DNA of 64,000 nt from an uncultured Candidatus Saccharibacteria bacterium. Lineage in GTDB: Bacteria > Patescibacteriota > Minisyncoccia > Portnoybacterales > UBA2143. Where the stretch lies: positions 4,054-68,053 of the forward strand of contig CAZJPW010000001.1 of NCBI GenBank assembly GCA_964548405.1. The letters are read 5' to 3'. Positions 62,996 to 64,000 of the stretch are shown here, one piece after another. Below the pieces are notes generated by a model. The model was given only the letters and a program-made list of their open reading frames with translations, was not told where the DNA came from and did no database searches. Position 1 is the stretch's first letter, and each line of letters opens with the position of its first letter. The translations under genes and the position numbers were made by a program.

Positions 62996-64000
62996 AGTTT
63001 CTTAGGGATTTTAATTTCAAAGATAAGAAAGTTTTAATAAGGGTTGATTTTAATGTTCCGGTAGGTAAGGATAGGAAGGTTGATAGTAAGGAAGATTGGC
63101 GTATTGAAGCCACTCTGCCTAGTATTAATTATTTATTAGATCAAGGGGCTAAATTGATTCTTTTAGCTCATTTGGGTAGGCCGGACGGAGAAGTAATTCA
63201 AGATTTGCGTATGGATCCGGTTGCTAAACGATTAGAAGAGCTTTTAAATAAAAAGGTTGTTAAATTAGATGACTGTTGTGGTCAAGAGGTTGATGAGAGA
63301 ATTGCCAAAATTAAACCAGGCGATGTTATTCTTTTGGAAAATCTCCGCTTCCATTCAGAAGAAAAGGCCAATGACGATGATTTTGCTAAGAAACTGGCTA
63401 GTTATGGAGAAATTTATGTTAATGATGCTTTTGGCGTAGATCATCGGGCCCATGCTTCTTTGGTGGGGATTCCTAAATATATCCCTCATTGTGCTGGATT
63501 ACTTTTGGAAAAAGAGGTTAAAATACTTTCTAAGGTTTTGAGTAAGCCAAAACGTCCCTTGGCCGTAATCATCGGTGGAGTAAAGATTTCTACGAAAATT
63601 AAGTTCATAAAGAAGTTTTTAGCTAAGGCTGATAATTTACTTTTGGGTGGAGCTCTGGCTAATACTGTGATTGCCGCTAAAGGATTTGCTATTGGTCGAT
63701 CAATCAGCGAACAAGAAATGATAGACGAAGTCAAGAAAATGGAACTGACAGATATTAAGCTTCATCTACCAGTTGATACAATTGCTTCAACTGAGCCCTC
63801 GGGTAGGGTGGCTTCCAGGATTGCACCTGTTGGCAATACTAAGGAGCGAGAAATGATCTTGGATATCGGACCAGATACAATTGATCTTTTTAAAGAAATC
63901 ATTCTTCAGGCTGAAACAATTATTTGGAATGGTCCAATGGGTTTGATTGAAGTGGATGAGTTTGTTCAAGGAAGTAAGCAAATAGCTAAAGTTATTGCTC
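62992..64000 (+). CDS. pgk: Phosphoglycerate kinase (truncated by window end)
   Basis: ATGA overlap with tpiA; RVDFNVP, HLGRP, LLENLRF, NDAFG, HRAHAS, DIGP, WNGPMG read directly from the sequence. Confidence 0.95.
   Translation, partial: MKFLRDFNFKDKKVLIRVDFNVPVGKDRKVDSKEDWRIEATLPSINYLLDQGAKLILLAHLGRPDGEVIQDLRMDPVAKRLEELLNKKVVKLDDCCGQEVDERIAKIKPGDVILLENLRFHSEEKANDDDFAKKLASYGEIYVNDAFGVDHRAHASLVGIPKYIPHCAGLLLEKEVKILSKVLSKPKRPLAVIIGGVKISTKIKFIKKFLAKADNLLLGGALANTVIAAKGFAIGRSISEQEMIDEVKKMELTDIKLHLPVDTIASTEPSGRVASRIAPVGNTKEREMILDIGPDTIDLFKEIILQAETIIWNGPMGLIEVDEFVQGSKQIAKVIA

Overview
AT-rich bacterial chromosome segment, most likely Patescibacteria/CPR (Parcubacteria-like). This is inferred from the missing rpmD in the spc operon, no rplA after rplK, short PheT/ThrS, a pilMNO cluster and near-absence of Shine-Dalgarno sites on core genes. 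The standard genetic code fits. The core consists of the str/S10/spc ribosomal cluster with secY-adk-map, thrS, dnaE, ligA, gatCA, gatB, pheST, gyrB (with a 436-aa HNH intein), secE-nusG-rplK, miaA, miaB, tpiA-pgk and five tRNAs. Most notable: (1) an operon encoding a nucleotidyltransferase, a HIT hydrolase, an extended dCMP deaminase, an MtrA-like/ThyA/DUF4346-like fusion, GlyA and a degenerate FolD, with no DHFR; (2) a LexA-like S24 autopeptidase with an extra C-terminal tail, coupled to a MazF/PemK toxin next to tRNA-His under a palindromic operator; (3) an S41 protease with a J-like domain where PDZ normally sits; (4) two extra genes inside the str operon (a Gre-family protein lacking the acidic tip, and a Phd-like protein ending in an SSB-like tail); (5) apparently leaderless core transcripts contrasting with strong-SD, sometimes boxA-bearing, accessory singletons. 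All family calls come from motif recognition by eye; no database searches were run.
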